DNA of 46,028 nt from a virus (Duplodnaviria; Caudoviricetes): positions 1-46,028 of IMG/VR virus record IMGVR_UViG_3300020045_002559; one strand, written 5' to 3'. Made by a program: the position numbers and the translations under genes. Positions 1 through 9,900 of this stretch are shown here, piece after piece. The notes beneath the pieces are model-generated. The model was given only the letters and a program-made list of their open reading frames with translations, was not told where the DNA came from and did no database searches. Numbering within the stretch: the stretch's first letter is position 1; every line of letters starts with the position of its first letter.

Positions 1-20
1 ATAATTAAAACAAAAAGATT

Positions 21-218
21 ATGCAAAATATTGATGAACTGATAAAAAGCCTAACCGATAATTATGACAAAATGAAAGATGGTCAAATGCGACCTCATTT
101 AGGCAAAGAGTTGACCAATGCAGCTGGCAAAATAATGATAGGATTAAAATTGAAGATGGACTACAACAAGGATAGATGTATAAACGAACCTATTAACTTT
201 CTTGAGAGTAAGAAATAA
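21..218 (+). CDS. Small phage hypothetical protein (accessory gene of the left-end allele)
   Basis: 65-aa ORF with A-rich leader. It sits in the same position (before the shared RNA element) as the unrelated ORF 43523-43795. Confidence 0.6.
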   Translation: MQNIDELIKSLTDNYDKMKDGQMRPHLGKELTNAAGKIMIGLKLKMDYNKDRCINEPINFLESKK

Positions 219-227
219 AAACAAAAT

Positions 228-310
228 CCTTGTCTAGTCGTAGCCCATGATATTAAGCTATTGGTTTACCAAACTAGGCAAGGTAAAGATACTCAAAATG
301 AGTGGCTACG
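228..310 (+). ncRNA. Candidate three-way-junction RNA, copy 1
   Basis: Closing stem CCTTGTCTAGT(228-238)/ACTAGGCAAGG(273-283) with inner hairpins TAGC..GCTA and TTGGT-TT-ACCAA. CGTAGCC(239-245) is complementary to GGCTACG(304-310). Homologue at 43804-43889. Confidence 0.5.
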
Positions 311-342
311 CCTAAGACCGTTGAAGTCGGTAAGTTTTGTTT

Positions 343-375
343 AAATCCTGTTCATTAATTTGGATAGGATTTTTT
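343..375 (+). terminator. Intrinsic terminator
   Basis: Stem AAATCCTGTTCA/TGGATAGGATTT followed by a T run. Confidence 0.7.
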
Positions 376-377
376 GC

Positions 378-385
378 TATATTTG
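378..385 (+). promoter_or_regulatory. Bacteroidota -7 promoter box, probably giving a leaderless mRNA
   Basis: TATATTTG followed by 4 nt and then ATG 390. Confidence 0.6.
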
Positions 386-389
386 AACT

Positions 390-2405
390 ATGGGATTAAT
401 GGGCAACAAATTTCGCTACTATCTAACTTATCAGGGGATTGAATACAGGTTGGTATTTTCGCCAACTGGTTGGGAAGACCAGACTTTGGCAAGTTACAAG
501 CGGGATTTGTCGGGCTACTTTGGTTTGATACGTTCCTTAAGCCTACCACTTACGTTCGTAAAGGATGGTTATAACATTTGCAGGTTGGCGTTTCTGAATG
601 ACGGTTACGAGGCAGGCGTTATACTTCGTGTCGAGATACGCCAAAGGAACTGGAGCTATAAGACCATATTTCAAGGCGATTTGGATTTTAGTAAATATGT
701 TCCAAACGGAACAAGTGCAGATATACCATTGATGGAAAGCGGAATTAGCAGGGACATTAAGGCAAAGGAAAATACCAAGTACGAATATTCGCTAACTGGT
801 GATGACGTTGTAAACATTATTCTCCCTGGTGTTGCGTTCAAGGAAAAATCAGACTTCATTACTAAATATGTTGACACTGGCAACTTAGGCGTTGCAAAGA
901 AATATGTCATAGGTATCGACCTAGAAAATCAGGGCTTCAAGTCTGGCTTTGTGGAGAGCAGGAACACCGAGCAAAGAATGGCTTCAGATGCTGATGGATT
1001 TGGTGACGATGCCTTTGTCATTGGACGTAGGGCAGGAGGTCAAACCGTTAGGGTAAGTGGTTACCTAAAGGGCTACCAGAACGGAACACCGTTTGAAACT
1101 GGAACTACCACAAATCTTATATTCCTTAACACATCGACAAAGGCGTGGGTAAACGTGCCAGTCACAAAGGTTAGCACCTCTACGTTTCAACCATTCGATG
1201 TTACGTTTGACTTTACATATACATTACAGGAGGGCGAGGGATTATGTCTCTATTCACGTACCGATAGCGGTTCTGAAAGTGTTATCTACATTGCAACCAA
1301 TGAGGGAGAGATAAACGTTAGCTACGAGGCTATTTCAGACCCATCTAACTGCAAGGCAATATCTGGATTCAACCTAATGAAACGCATATTGACAAAGATT
1401 AACCCATCCATCGCATTCAACTCTGTATTGTTGCAGTCCGATGAATGGAAAAACCTGTTGTTCACTAGCGGAACGGCAATAAGGGAATTGCCAAACGCAA
1501 AGATTAAGATTAGCTTCAAGGAAATGTTTGACACTTGGAATGGTTTATTAGATGCAGGTTTTGGGTCTGATATGGGCGTTAGTCGTTTGGAGCGTGGCTA
1601 TGTATTTGCGCGTAACATCGAGATAGCTAATGTTGGCAAGATTGGACAGGGAAAGTATCAAATGTCGATTGCTGAAGAGTTGGTCGGAAACGTGGTTAAG
1701 ATTGGCTATGAGGATGGACAGGCTGAGAACGATGGTGGACTGCAGGAATATAACTCAAGGCAGGATTATGGACTTCCTACGAGCAGGATTCAGAAGGAGC
1801 TTATTTGGATTTCGCCTGTCAGGGCAGACCAATATGGTATAGAGCGTTTAAGGGTTCAGTTCAACATAACAAAGCAATCAGACAACAACGCGTTAGGCGA
1901 TAACGATAACTTTATGATAGATTGCTATCAGGATGGTGTGGATTACAGACCTATACTTGGAGCGACCTATACGAGCGTGGTGGGCGTGGATAACGGAGCA
2001 AATGCATATAACTTGCGACTTACTCCAAAGCAAAACCTGTTACGCCATAGTGCTTATTTACGTTCCATATTGGATAGGATGGATAGCCGTTATATCGAGT
2101 TTGCAAATGCAGAAAAGAATGCGGACTTGGTAACTGTTAAAGATGGTATTAGCGTTTCTGAACGTGCGCCTGTACTCGTTAGTACGCTGCAAGGTAAGTA
2201 TTTCCAGCCATATATATTTACCATTACCTGTAAGTTTCCAAAGTACGTAATTGACCTTATGGATGCAACACCGTTTGGATATATTAGTTTTGAGTACAAC
2301 GGGATTAAGGCAAAGGGCTATATTATTGAGGTTCAAGTGGATTTGGCAGAGAACAGCGAAAGGGAAATAAAGTTACTCGCTACGTTTGATAGCTTGATAC
2401 CGTAA
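390..2405 (+). CDS. Tail tip / baseplate hub-like structural protein (allele A)
   Basis: 671 aa, beta-rich, first large gene after the tape measure on the circular map. Second allele starts at 44410. Confidence 0.65.
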   Translation: MGLMGNKFRYYLTYQGIEYRLVFSPTGWEDQTLASYKRDLSGYFGLIRSLSLPLTFVKDGYNICRLAFLNDGYEAGVILRVEIRQRNWSYKTIFQGDLDFSKYVPNGTSADIPLMESGISRDIKAKENTKYEYSLTGDDVVNIILPGVAFKEKSDFITKYVDTGNLGVAKKYVIGIDLENQGFKSGFVESRNTEQRMASDADGFGDDAFVIGRRAGGQTVRVSGYLKGYQNGTPFETGTTTNLIFLNTSTKAWVNVPVTKVSTSTFQPFDVTFDFTYTLQEGEGLCLYSRTDSGSESVIYIATNEGEINVSYEAISDPSNCKAISGFNLMKRILTKINPSIAFNSVLLQSDEWKNLLFTSGTAIRELPNAKIKISFKEMFDTWNGLLDAGFGSDMGVSRLERGYVFARNIEIANVGKIGQGKYQMSIAEELVGNVVKIGYEDGQAENDGGLQEYNSRQDYGLPTSRIQKELIWISPVRADQYGIERLRVQFNITKQSDNNALGDNDNFMIDCYQDGVDYRPILGATYTSVVGVDNGANAYNLRLTPKQNLLRHSAYLRSILDRMDSRYIEFANAEKNADLVTVKDGISVSERAPVLVSTLQGKYFQPYIFTITCKFPKYVIDLMDATPFGYISFEYNGIKAKGYIIEVQVDLAENSEREIKLLATFDSLIP

Positions 2406-2406
2406 T

Positions 2407-2452
2407 GTAATAAAAGTGTTACGAATAAAGTCGTAATTGTTTTGTAGGTTTG
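2407..2452 (+). promoter_or_regulatory. Operator-promoter unit 1 (GTAAT-N6-GTTAC-N22-TAGGTTTG)
   Basis: Same motif and spacing recur at 11221, 12234, 19238, 28087, 38069 and 43408. Confidence 0.75.
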
Positions 2453-2488
2453 TTAAGTGGTAATTAAGCCACATTAAAAACTATCAAA

Positions 2489-3649
2489 ATGAATTATCTT
2501 AGAATTAGTAACGCAGGATTAATCTGCGCAGAAGATTTAACTTTAATCGGTTCAAGTACAAAAAGAGAACAAACAGGCAAGATTGGAATGTTTGGTAGCG
2601 GATGGAAATACGCTTTGGCTTGGCTTCTTAGAAACGAATGTAACCCTGTTATTTTTGCAGGTAAAAAACAAATTGTAGTAGATACTAAAGTTAAGTTACA
2701 TCGTGACAATCCTGTTAACGTTATTACAGTAGATGAAATAGAAACTTCTTTAACTACTGAAATGGGTCCAAAATGGAGTGGTTGGATGGCTATTCGTGAA
2801 ATACTTTCTAATGCTATTGACGAGGGTTCGCATACGGTTTCTACAAATTGGTCTCCACAAATGGAAGGAGTAGAAAATCAAACTGTAATTTATTTACCTA
2901 TGAATGGTGAACTTTCAGAAGTTATGATGAAATATGATAAATATTTTGCCTTTAACAGAAAAGAAAACTACACTAATAAACACGGTAGAATTTTTGTTAA
3001 AAAAGAGCCTTCTGAACAAAATATTTATCGTAGAGGAATTAGATGTTATGACACATCTGACATTAGCTATTTAGATTTTGATTTTAATGATATTTCAATA
3101 AACGAAGATAGGCTTTGCGCATCATACAACATTACTCAACAAATTAGATATATGATTGAGGATATTGACGATACTAATCTTTTAAAATTATTGCTAACAG
3201 ATTGCGAAGTCGAATGTCAGCCTTGGGATATGAACACCAATGTACTTGAAAGGATTAAAGAACTTATTAATGCAGGTGTAAACTTTACAACTTCAACTTT
3301 AGTAAAGTTAGGCGGTGAGTTTCTTAGCGGCAAAGACCCAGTTTTTATAAGAGCCGAATGGTATAAAAAACTACAGGATTTAGGACTTGTTAAAAATCCA
3401 TTCGAAATGTTCGGTGACGATGAAGCCTTTATGAGGACTGATGCAAAAGATTTGAATGGTGTTAAATATTTTTTAGATGGATTAGGTATAAATATTACAC
3501 TTCAAAGCGGTAAAACAGATAGAAGTCAAGTATTATTTAAAAATGGAATTGGTTTTGTTAGAGACGACAGTAAGTATGGAGATAGGGAATTAGCGTCAAT
3601 GATTTTAGGTAAAATGAAAGCAGATGATTTTCTACACTATTTAAAATAA
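2489..3649 (+). CDS. GHKL (HATPase)-family ATPase with permuted motif order; moron
   Basis: GSSTKR..IGMFGSGWKYA (ATP lid/G2 box) comes before AIREILSNAIDEG (N box). AT-rich, with its own promoter and terminator. Confidence 0.75.
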   Translation: MNYLRISNAGLICAEDLTLIGSSTKREQTGKIGMFGSGWKYALAWLLRNECNPVIFAGKKQIVVDTKVKLHRDNPVNVITVDEIETSLTTEMGPKWSGWMAIREILSNAIDEGSHTVSTNWSPQMEGVENQTVIYLPMNGELSEVMMKYDKYFAFNRKENYTNKHGRIFVKKEPSEQNIYRRGIRCYDTSDISYLDFDFNDISINEDRLCASYNITQQIRYMIEDIDDTNLLKLLLTDCEVECQPWDMNTNVLERIKELINAGVNFTTSTLVKLGGEFLSGKDPVFIRAEWYKKLQDLGLVKNPFEMFGDDEAFMRTDAKDLNGVKYFLDGLGINITLQSGKTDRSQVLFKNGIGFVRDDSKYGDRELASMILGKMKADDFLHYLK

Positions 3650-3687
3650 AGTCACGATTGTTTGTGATAGTTCAATTGTGAACTTTA

Positions 3688-3721
3688 AAGCCTATTTACA
3701 GAAATGTATTTAGGCTTTTTT
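3688..3721 (+). terminator. Intrinsic terminator closing the ATPase moron
   Basis: AAGCCTA...TAGGCTT followed by a T run. Confidence 0.75.
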
Positions 3722-3752
3722 ATTTACGTACTAAATAACTATCTTTAACGCA

Positions 3753-5384
3753 ATGATTATAACCCCTGCATTGATAAATCCATTGCGTTGGATAAACACG
3801 AGCGATTTGAACAAGTCGTTTGATGGTGATTTTGCAAAGAACCAGTTACAATGGTATCAGAGCAAGAGGTGTTATTTTCAGCCTTTTGAAACTGGAGACA
3901 GGTTAAGGCAACAGGTTATAGCTGATACGGCGCCAGAGGACTTGAAGATAGTAGATTGTTTTACAAATCAAGTCATAGTATCAATACCATTTGCATTGGT
4001 GCCAACGGTAGTACTTCCCGAAACGCCCACATTCTCGATTTACGAACTTGACTATTCATTCGCAGGACTTGCAATAGGCAGGTATTACGCATCATTGGAG
4101 GACTTCACATCGCAACCATTTGAAATAGCAGCGGAACACATAAACACGACATTAATCAAGTACAAGCACTCGGATAACGACTACGATGTTGTATTCGATA
4201 CTGGGATTGAGTTTCAATTACGAGTAGAATCATTAGTCGATTACGATAGCCCAAAGGCAAACAGGGATGTTTACTATGACCAGCCGCATAACTCAACACA
4301 ATTAAATTCAGTAACTTTCCGTAACTTTAAGCTATATTTAGGCTTCCAATGGGGATTGCCTCAATGGATGTTCGACAAGGTTGCCCACATATTGGGTTGC
4401 GACCAAGTTACGTATGATGACATTGCCTATCAGGTTGCGCCAGATGCGGAGTTTGAGGCAGAAAAGAACAATGATAATAACTGGATGGGCGGAAGTATTG
4501 ACGTTCAGCCAGTCGATAATAACTTTATTAAGTACATTACGAGCGGGGTAGTTCCGCCACCTAGTTTTAAGCCAATGCAGAAAGTAGTCAAGTTAACGAG
4601 CATTTCGGGAGACCAGACCGTTAGCAACGTGTTCAAGGTCGATAGCTTCTTGAGGCAGGTTACAGTTTACAAGACGGGGGCAGATTATACATTGCGCATA
4701 GGCACGTCCATTGGAGGTAATGAAATAGGCGAATGGCTCATTGATGATAACACGGGGGCTAACTTTGAGGTTACATATCCATTTGATAGCACCACAAATG
4801 TTTACCTAAGTGGCGTAGGTTTGAACGCAGACCGATTATACCTAGTTTACGACCAGTTGGATGAACCCGATATTCCATTAACGCCACAAGCAGCGCAAGA
4901 CGGGGAACTTAAGAACTCAATGAAGTTTTGGTTAGGCACATTATCAGAAATTAATGATACATGGGATGATGCAACTGGACTAGGCAAAGCTAATACTGGT
5001 TGGGAGAAATGGACTTGGGCAGGATTTAATGGTACACCTAGCTTTGAGGGCAAGGTTCCAATTGGATTGCCATACTCTGACCTTTCATTGATTGGCTCTG
5101 AAATCGGTAATGCTGATAACCTTACAACAATTGCTAAGGCAAACCTACCAGCAGAGGGATTGTTTACCATAGCCTCGGAGGTTAATAACATAGCTGGACA
5201 AACACCTACAAATGATTCGCAAGTGGCTGGGGCTGGATTAAATGGCGGAACATTGGCATATCAGCTAAGAAAGGCGAATGGACCAGCAACCGTTGGTCTT
5301 ACGTCAAATATGGGCAGTGGAGTTGCAATGAACATTACCCCTGACGGAAGATATGTGATACCTATTATTAAACTCGTTGACTAA
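3753..5384 (+). CDS. Tail/baseplate structural protein
   Basis: 543 aa in the tail module. The C-terminal part (GFNGTPSFEGKVPIG...TTIAKANLP) resembles tail-collar/short-fibre domains. Confidence 0.6.
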   Translation: MIITPALINPLRWINTSDLNKSFDGDFAKNQLQWYQSKRCYFQPFETGDRLRQQVIADTAPEDLKIVDCFTNQVIVSIPFALVPTVVLPETPTFSIYELDYSFAGLAIGRYYASLEDFTSQPFEIAAEHINTTLIKYKHSDNDYDVVFDTGIEFQLRVESLVDYDSPKANRDVYYDQPHNSTQLNSVTFRNFKLYLGFQWGLPQWMFDKVAHILGCDQVTYDDIAYQVAPDAEFEAEKNNDNNWMGGSIDVQPVDNNFIKYITSGVVPPPSFKPMQKVVKLTSISGDQTVSNVFKVDSFLRQVTVYKTGADYTLRIGTSIGGNEIGEWLIDDNTGANFEVTYPFDSTTNVYLSGVGLNADRLYLVYDQLDEPDIPLTPQAAQDGELKNSMKFWLGTLSEINDTWDDATGLGKANTGWEKWTWAGFNGTPSFEGKVPIGLPYSDLSLIGSEIGNADNLTTIAKANLPAEGLFTIASEVNNIAGQTPTNDSQVAGAGLNGGTLAYQLRKANGPATVGLTSNMGSGVAMNITPDGRYVIPIIKLVD

Positions 5385-6400
5385 TGGGAAAGAAAAGAGG
5401 CAAGGTATTAGAGGAACTTATACTAGAGGTATTACGCAACAAGGTATTATCAGACCCCATATTCGTTAAATCGATATTGGAGTACACGGATGACAACACT
5501 TTCGTAAACCCACGTTCCATACCAGATTTACAGACGGTCACAAACCTGCTTCAGTCTGGGGCGGTTGTTTATGACCAATATACCGTAGCTGACTTAGATG
5601 GTAACGGGAACTTAGATATTTCTAGTCTTGTACAGGGCGATAATAAATCTTTAGGCGTTAGGGTAAATTTTGACTATACTGCGGTTGCAAGTGGTGATAA
5701 TCCATTCTTTCCAGCAACAGAAGGTTACTTTGAATTATATCCTCAAAATGTTAATGGGCTGCTTTACATTAGCGACCAACCCCCAACATCTGGTCTTTGG
5801 ACTAACATAATAGTTTTTGCAACAGGGATAAACGTTGTACCACCACCTGCGCCATCGCCACCTGTATTTACTTTACAGCCTCCAGCAAACGCCACGATAG
5901 TTCAGCAAAGGACATTATCGCTTACCATTGCGGCTACTGGAGCTATAGGCTACCAATGGCAGAAAGATGGGGTAAATATATCTGGACAGATAACAGATAC
6001 CTTGACCGTTACTAATTTCAATTCTGGTAAGTCGGGAACTTATACCTGTATAGCGTATAATTCCGATGGTAGCACGACAAGTACAGGGTGTTTGGTGGCA
6101 AATGATGTTGGGCTTATATTAGGCAACCTAAGTGACAGGAAATCTGATAACACGCCAAATGGGGCAGGTAGGGCAATAGCATTCACAGATGGGGCTTATT
6201 CTGCATCAATAGTGGTAAACTCTTTCGATAGGGTTTCAACGGCAGCGACTAGCATAACCATTACGCAGAATGGTGTTGATGACTTGACTTTATATGACGG
6301 TGTTAATACATTTGCGCCTTTGGTTGGTGGTAACGTTCCAAACGTGATCATTGTTCCATCAGGTGGATGGTTGGATATGTACACTTACAACGATAACTAA
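5384..6400 (+). CDS. Virion protein with an immunoglobulin-like domain
   Basis: Pro-rich linker (VVPPPAPSPP) followed by an Ig-set pattern (YQWQKDG...SGTYTCIAYN). Confidence 0.7.
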   Translation: MGKKRGKVLEELILEVLRNKVLSDPIFVKSILEYTDDNTFVNPRSIPDLQTVTNLLQSGAVVYDQYTVADLDGNGNLDISSLVQGDNKSLGVRVNFDYTAVASGDNPFFPATEGYFELYPQNVNGLLYISDQPPTSGLWTNIIVFATGINVVPPPAPSPPVFTLQPPANATIVQQRTLSLTIAATGAIGYQWQKDGVNISGQITDTLTVTNFNSGKSGTYTCIAYNSDGSTTSTGCLVANDVGLILGNLSDRKSDNTPNGAGRAIAFTDGAYSASIVVNSFDRVSTAATSITITQNGVDDLTLYDGVNTFAPLVGGNVPNVIIVPSGGWLDMYTYNDN

Positions 6401-6409
6401 ACAATTTAT

Positions 6410-9400
6410 ATGAAAATCAAATTACTGATAATGTTACTTATCGCCTCGATCGGGGCAAGTGCGCAATACGTGAATGTTGGCGCAAACGGGGTACAGAGGC
6501 AAATCGTTTCGGGGGATAGCACTTTTAGATGGAACTTGGGCGCGGCTGGTTTCCTTTACGGGAAGTCGCTTAGTTGGTACAGGAATGCTTTTGCGCCTAC
6601 TACTGGCGGAAGTGGGTATATACAGAATCAGAATGCAGGAGCTCAGACTGCTAATGCTTGGATAACGGGTAGCTACAGGAGCAATACCCAATTTCAGGTA
6701 ACTAACGTTGGTGATGCAAAGTCTGCTTTTCTAACCCCTTACAGGGTAACTCTTGGCGATGACTTCATTATGGACTATAATAGTGGGAACGGTGGTGTTA
6801 ACTTCCAAAAAACAAGTACGAACCCATATACATTTAACTTAGCAGGAACAAACAGGTTAACCATTGGCAATGGCGAGCTAAGGGTTAATTCTGCATTATA
6901 CCTTGACCAAGTTCCCACAACAGACGCAACCCCTACCCAACTAGCCACGATAGACGCTGGTACGGGAGAGGTTAAGAAGGTGGCTTATTCTAGCATAGTT
7001 CAAAGTAACCAAAACCTATCATCATTTAATAACAAGATACCATATAAGAGCTATATAGCATTTGGCAATTCCATAACCAATGGGCAATGGGCTTCAACAA
7101 ACCCTAATAAGTTCGTTGAGTTGATTGGCAGTTATATCGGGGAAAACGTAATCAATACAGGTGTTGCTGGTGACCAAGCTGCAGACATACAAAGGAACAT
7201 CTACAGGCAGAACGTAAATGCAAACGGTTATCAGTTCTTCACCTCTATGGCAGGGAGTAATGACGTTACCTATTATGCCGCAAACACGGATAAACAGGCA
7301 AACTATAAAAAAATAATAGATGCAAGCGCAGGATGGTTGTTGATACCACAGAGCTACAGGATTTTAGGGCAATCGTCATTGATTACCTATTCAGGTACTT
7401 GGACTAACAGTACTTTATACACTGGAGCGATTTCTAAGCAATCGGCAACAAATGGTAATACTGCCACGGTAAGCGTTACAGGCTCAACCATTTATCTTGC
7501 GTATACGATGCAGGACAGCAACAGTGGTACTTTCTCTGTAACGGTTGATGGTGTTTCGCAGGGTTCATTCAACAACTTTGGACAGGCAGGGTCGGCAATA
7601 TTAACCAATAATGGCTCTAGTTATGCAAGCGGGCTTGCTAGGTTTACTGGTTTTAGTTCGGGTGCGCATACCGTTGTTGTTACGGTTACATCTTCCACAT
7701 CTGCATCAAACGTTGTTTACCTTGATTGGGTTGCAGGGAGTGACGGATTAAACACTGTTGGAAAACCAACTCTCATACAGGCAGAGATTCCGATTAGATT
7801 TTCATCAACCAACATTGCCACCTATAACAATTTGGTTAGGCAATCGGTAACGACATTTAAGAACGATGGTTTTAATATGTTTACGGCATATACGCAAAAT
7901 GTACTGAGTTTTCCAACGGATATGGCTTCTGATGGCGCACACCCAAATGATTTGGGACATTATAAACTGTTTCAGCCGTTCAAGACAAGAATTGATAGTA
8001 TAAACCTTATTAGCTCGGCAGACACGGCATTAAATGCAATGTCGGTAAAGGTTGGCGGAAATGAAAGTTTCAAGGTTTCAAGTAAGGGCGTTCAGCTACC
8101 AAACACTTCAATAGTAAGCCAATCCGTTGCCTATGATGGTGCGCAAACATCTGGCGAGTTAGTAAATGGAACAGGATGGACTTCTACGGGATGGACAGGT
8201 AGTTGGTCTACTGGATGGACACATTCAACTGGTAACACTTCTATACTTTCATACCCGATAACGTTATCGCCAAACACTTCATACCTTATCAAGCTAGGTA
8301 TTAGCTCAGGCGGGAGTGGCGGTGTTACCGTGGCAATAGGTGGCGTTACCGTGGCAACATCAACATTTGGTGTTATCATAAATACTGGATTTGACGTTGT
8401 GACCAATACACAGCTTACCATTACTCCCAACACACTGTTCTCGGGGACGGTTAGGGATATATCGGTCAAACAGGCCATAGGCGCAAGCAAGCCATTCTTG
8501 GATGTAAGAACGGTTGATAGCTTAAGCAAGGTGGAGTTTAGGGCAAGCACTAATTCTTTTGGGATTGGCAGGGATGCACTTGGTAGGGTGATTACGCAAA
8601 ACAGTCCTATTAAGTCTTGGGCTATGGGTGACTTTGCAGGGGCTAACGTTTCTAGCGGTGTTGGCAATATGTTTCTTGGGGATTACGCAGGGAACTACGC
8701 CACAACAGGGAACTACAATATAGGCATAGGATATAAGGCTGGTGCGGTTGGTTCGGATAGGGACTTTAAAAAGACAAGCAATAACATAGTTATAGCAAAT
8801 AACGGGATATTGCCATACGATACTCAAAGCAATCAGGCGAATTTCGCTAACCTTATGTTTATGACTGATATAACTGCTGCAGGTTTTGGTCTTACTGGAA
8901 TAGGTATTTCCAGACCACTACAAAAATTACACGTTGATGGTGGCTTGTTAGTAGGCGGTGCTAGGTTGTCGCAGGGCGATGGCTTGATGTTCAGCTTTAA
9001 CACAACCACTACTAATTCGCTATCCTATAAATATTCAACCTCTGCGTTCTTGGAGCATAACCAAAATGCACTTGAACATTCTTGGTCTAACTCAAGTACG
9101 GAAAAAATGAGGTTGAACAACACAAAATTAGCTGTAACTGGCGGAGGTAGCTTTACAACTGACCTAAGCGTTGGCACAACAGCAACCACGCAAAGGTTTA
9201 CGCTTAACGGGGCTGCATTGATAACTGGAGCAAGAAACCCAACTGGTGATGGACTTATGATGGATTTTAATGCGGGTTCAAGTAGGTTATTATCATATTA
9301 TTACAGCACGTCTACATTTAAGCCACTAGACTTCCAGGGTAATAAAATTGGGTTCATACTAAAGAATTTCCAACAAATGAGATTGGATAGCTTGGGGCTA

Positions 9401-9898
9401 AATAACCTATTGATAAGACCGGGTACAGCAGGGACAGACAGCTTGACCGTTCACGCGGCAGATGGTTATTTTAAGAGGATTGCTCCTGATTATTATGCTA
9501 CTTCAGCAAACTCTGCACTAACTGGGACTCCAACTGCTCCAACTGCTGCTGTTGGAACAAATACAACACAGATTGCAACCGCTGCATTTGTAATGGCCCA
9601 AAGTACTGGAGCAGAGGTAAAGCCTATTACGACTAAAACGGCTAACTATACATTAACCTCTACTGATTACACTATTTTGGTTGACGCAACAAGCGGCAAC
9701 CTTACTATGACACTACCTAGCGCATCAAGTTCAACAGGTAGAATTTATAACATTAAAAAGATAGATGCTTCAGCAAATACGGTAACTTTACAGGCAAACG
9801 GGGCGGAATTGATTGATGGCACAAACACAAAGGTAATTTCAATGCAATGGTCTAATATTAACATCCAATCAAACGGCACAAGCTGGTATATTTTATAA
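6410..9898 (+). CDS. Tail fibre/spike-like protein with N-terminal signal peptide and SGNH esterase domain
   Basis: MKIKLLIMLLIASIGASA|Q signal; SGNH blocks FGNSIT, GVAG, AGSND, DGAHPND; fibre motif LTGTPTAPTAAVGTNTTQIAT; fibre-type C-terminal beta domain. Confidence 0.75.
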   Translation: MKIKLLIMLLIASIGASAQYVNVGANGVQRQIVSGDSTFRWNLGAAGFLYGKSLSWYRNAFAPTTGGSGYIQNQNAGAQTANAWITGSYRSNTQFQVTNVGDAKSAFLTPYRVTLGDDFIMDYNSGNGGVNFQKTSTNPYTFNLAGTNRLTIGNGELRVNSALYLDQVPTTDATPTQLATIDAGTGEVKKVAYSSIVQSNQNLSSFNNKIPYKSYIAFGNSITNGQWASTNPNKFVELIGSYIGENVINTGVAGDQAADIQRNIYRQNVNANGYQFFTSMAGSNDVTYYAANTDKQANYKKIIDASAGWLLIPQSYRILGQSSLITYSGTWTNSTLYTGAISKQSATNGNTATVSVTGSTIYLAYTMQDSNSGTFSVTVDGVSQGSFNNFGQAGSAILTNNGSSYASGLARFTGFSSGAHTVVVTVTSSTSASNVVYLDWVAGSDGLNTVGKPTLIQAEIPIRFSSTNIATYNNLVRQSVTTFKNDGFNMFTAYTQNVLSFPTDMASDGAHPNDLGHYKLFQPFKTRIDSINLISSADTALNAMSVKVGGNESFKVSSKGVQLPNTSIVSQSVAYDGAQTSGELVNGTGWTSTGWTGSWSTGWTHSTGNTSILSYPITLSPNTSYLIKLGISSGGSGGVTVAIGGVTVATSTFGVIINTGFDVVTNTQLTITPNTLFSGTVRDISVKQAIGASKPFLDVRTVDSLSKVEFRASTNSFGIGRDALGRVITQNSPIKSWAMGDFAGANVSSGVGNMFLGDYAGNYATTGNYNIGIGYKAGAVGSDRDFKKTSNNIVIANNGILPYDTQSNQANFANLMFMTDITAAGFGLTGIGISRPLQKLHVDGGLLVGGARLSQGDGLMFSFNTTTTNSLSYKYSTSAFLEHNQNALEHSWSNSSTEKMRLNNTKLAVTGGGSFTTDLSVGTTATTQRFTLNGAALITGARNPTGDGLMMDFNAGSSRLLSYYYSTSTFKPLDFQGNKIGFILKNFQQMRLDSLGLNNLLIRPGTAGTDSLTVHAADGYFKRIAPDYYATSANSALTGTPTAPTAAVGTNTTQIATAAFVMAQSTGAEVKPITTKTANYTLTSTDYTILVDATSGNLTMTLPSASSSTGRIYNIKKIDASANTVTLQANGAELIDGTNTKVISMQWSNINIQSNGTSWYIL

Positions 9899-9900
9899 TT

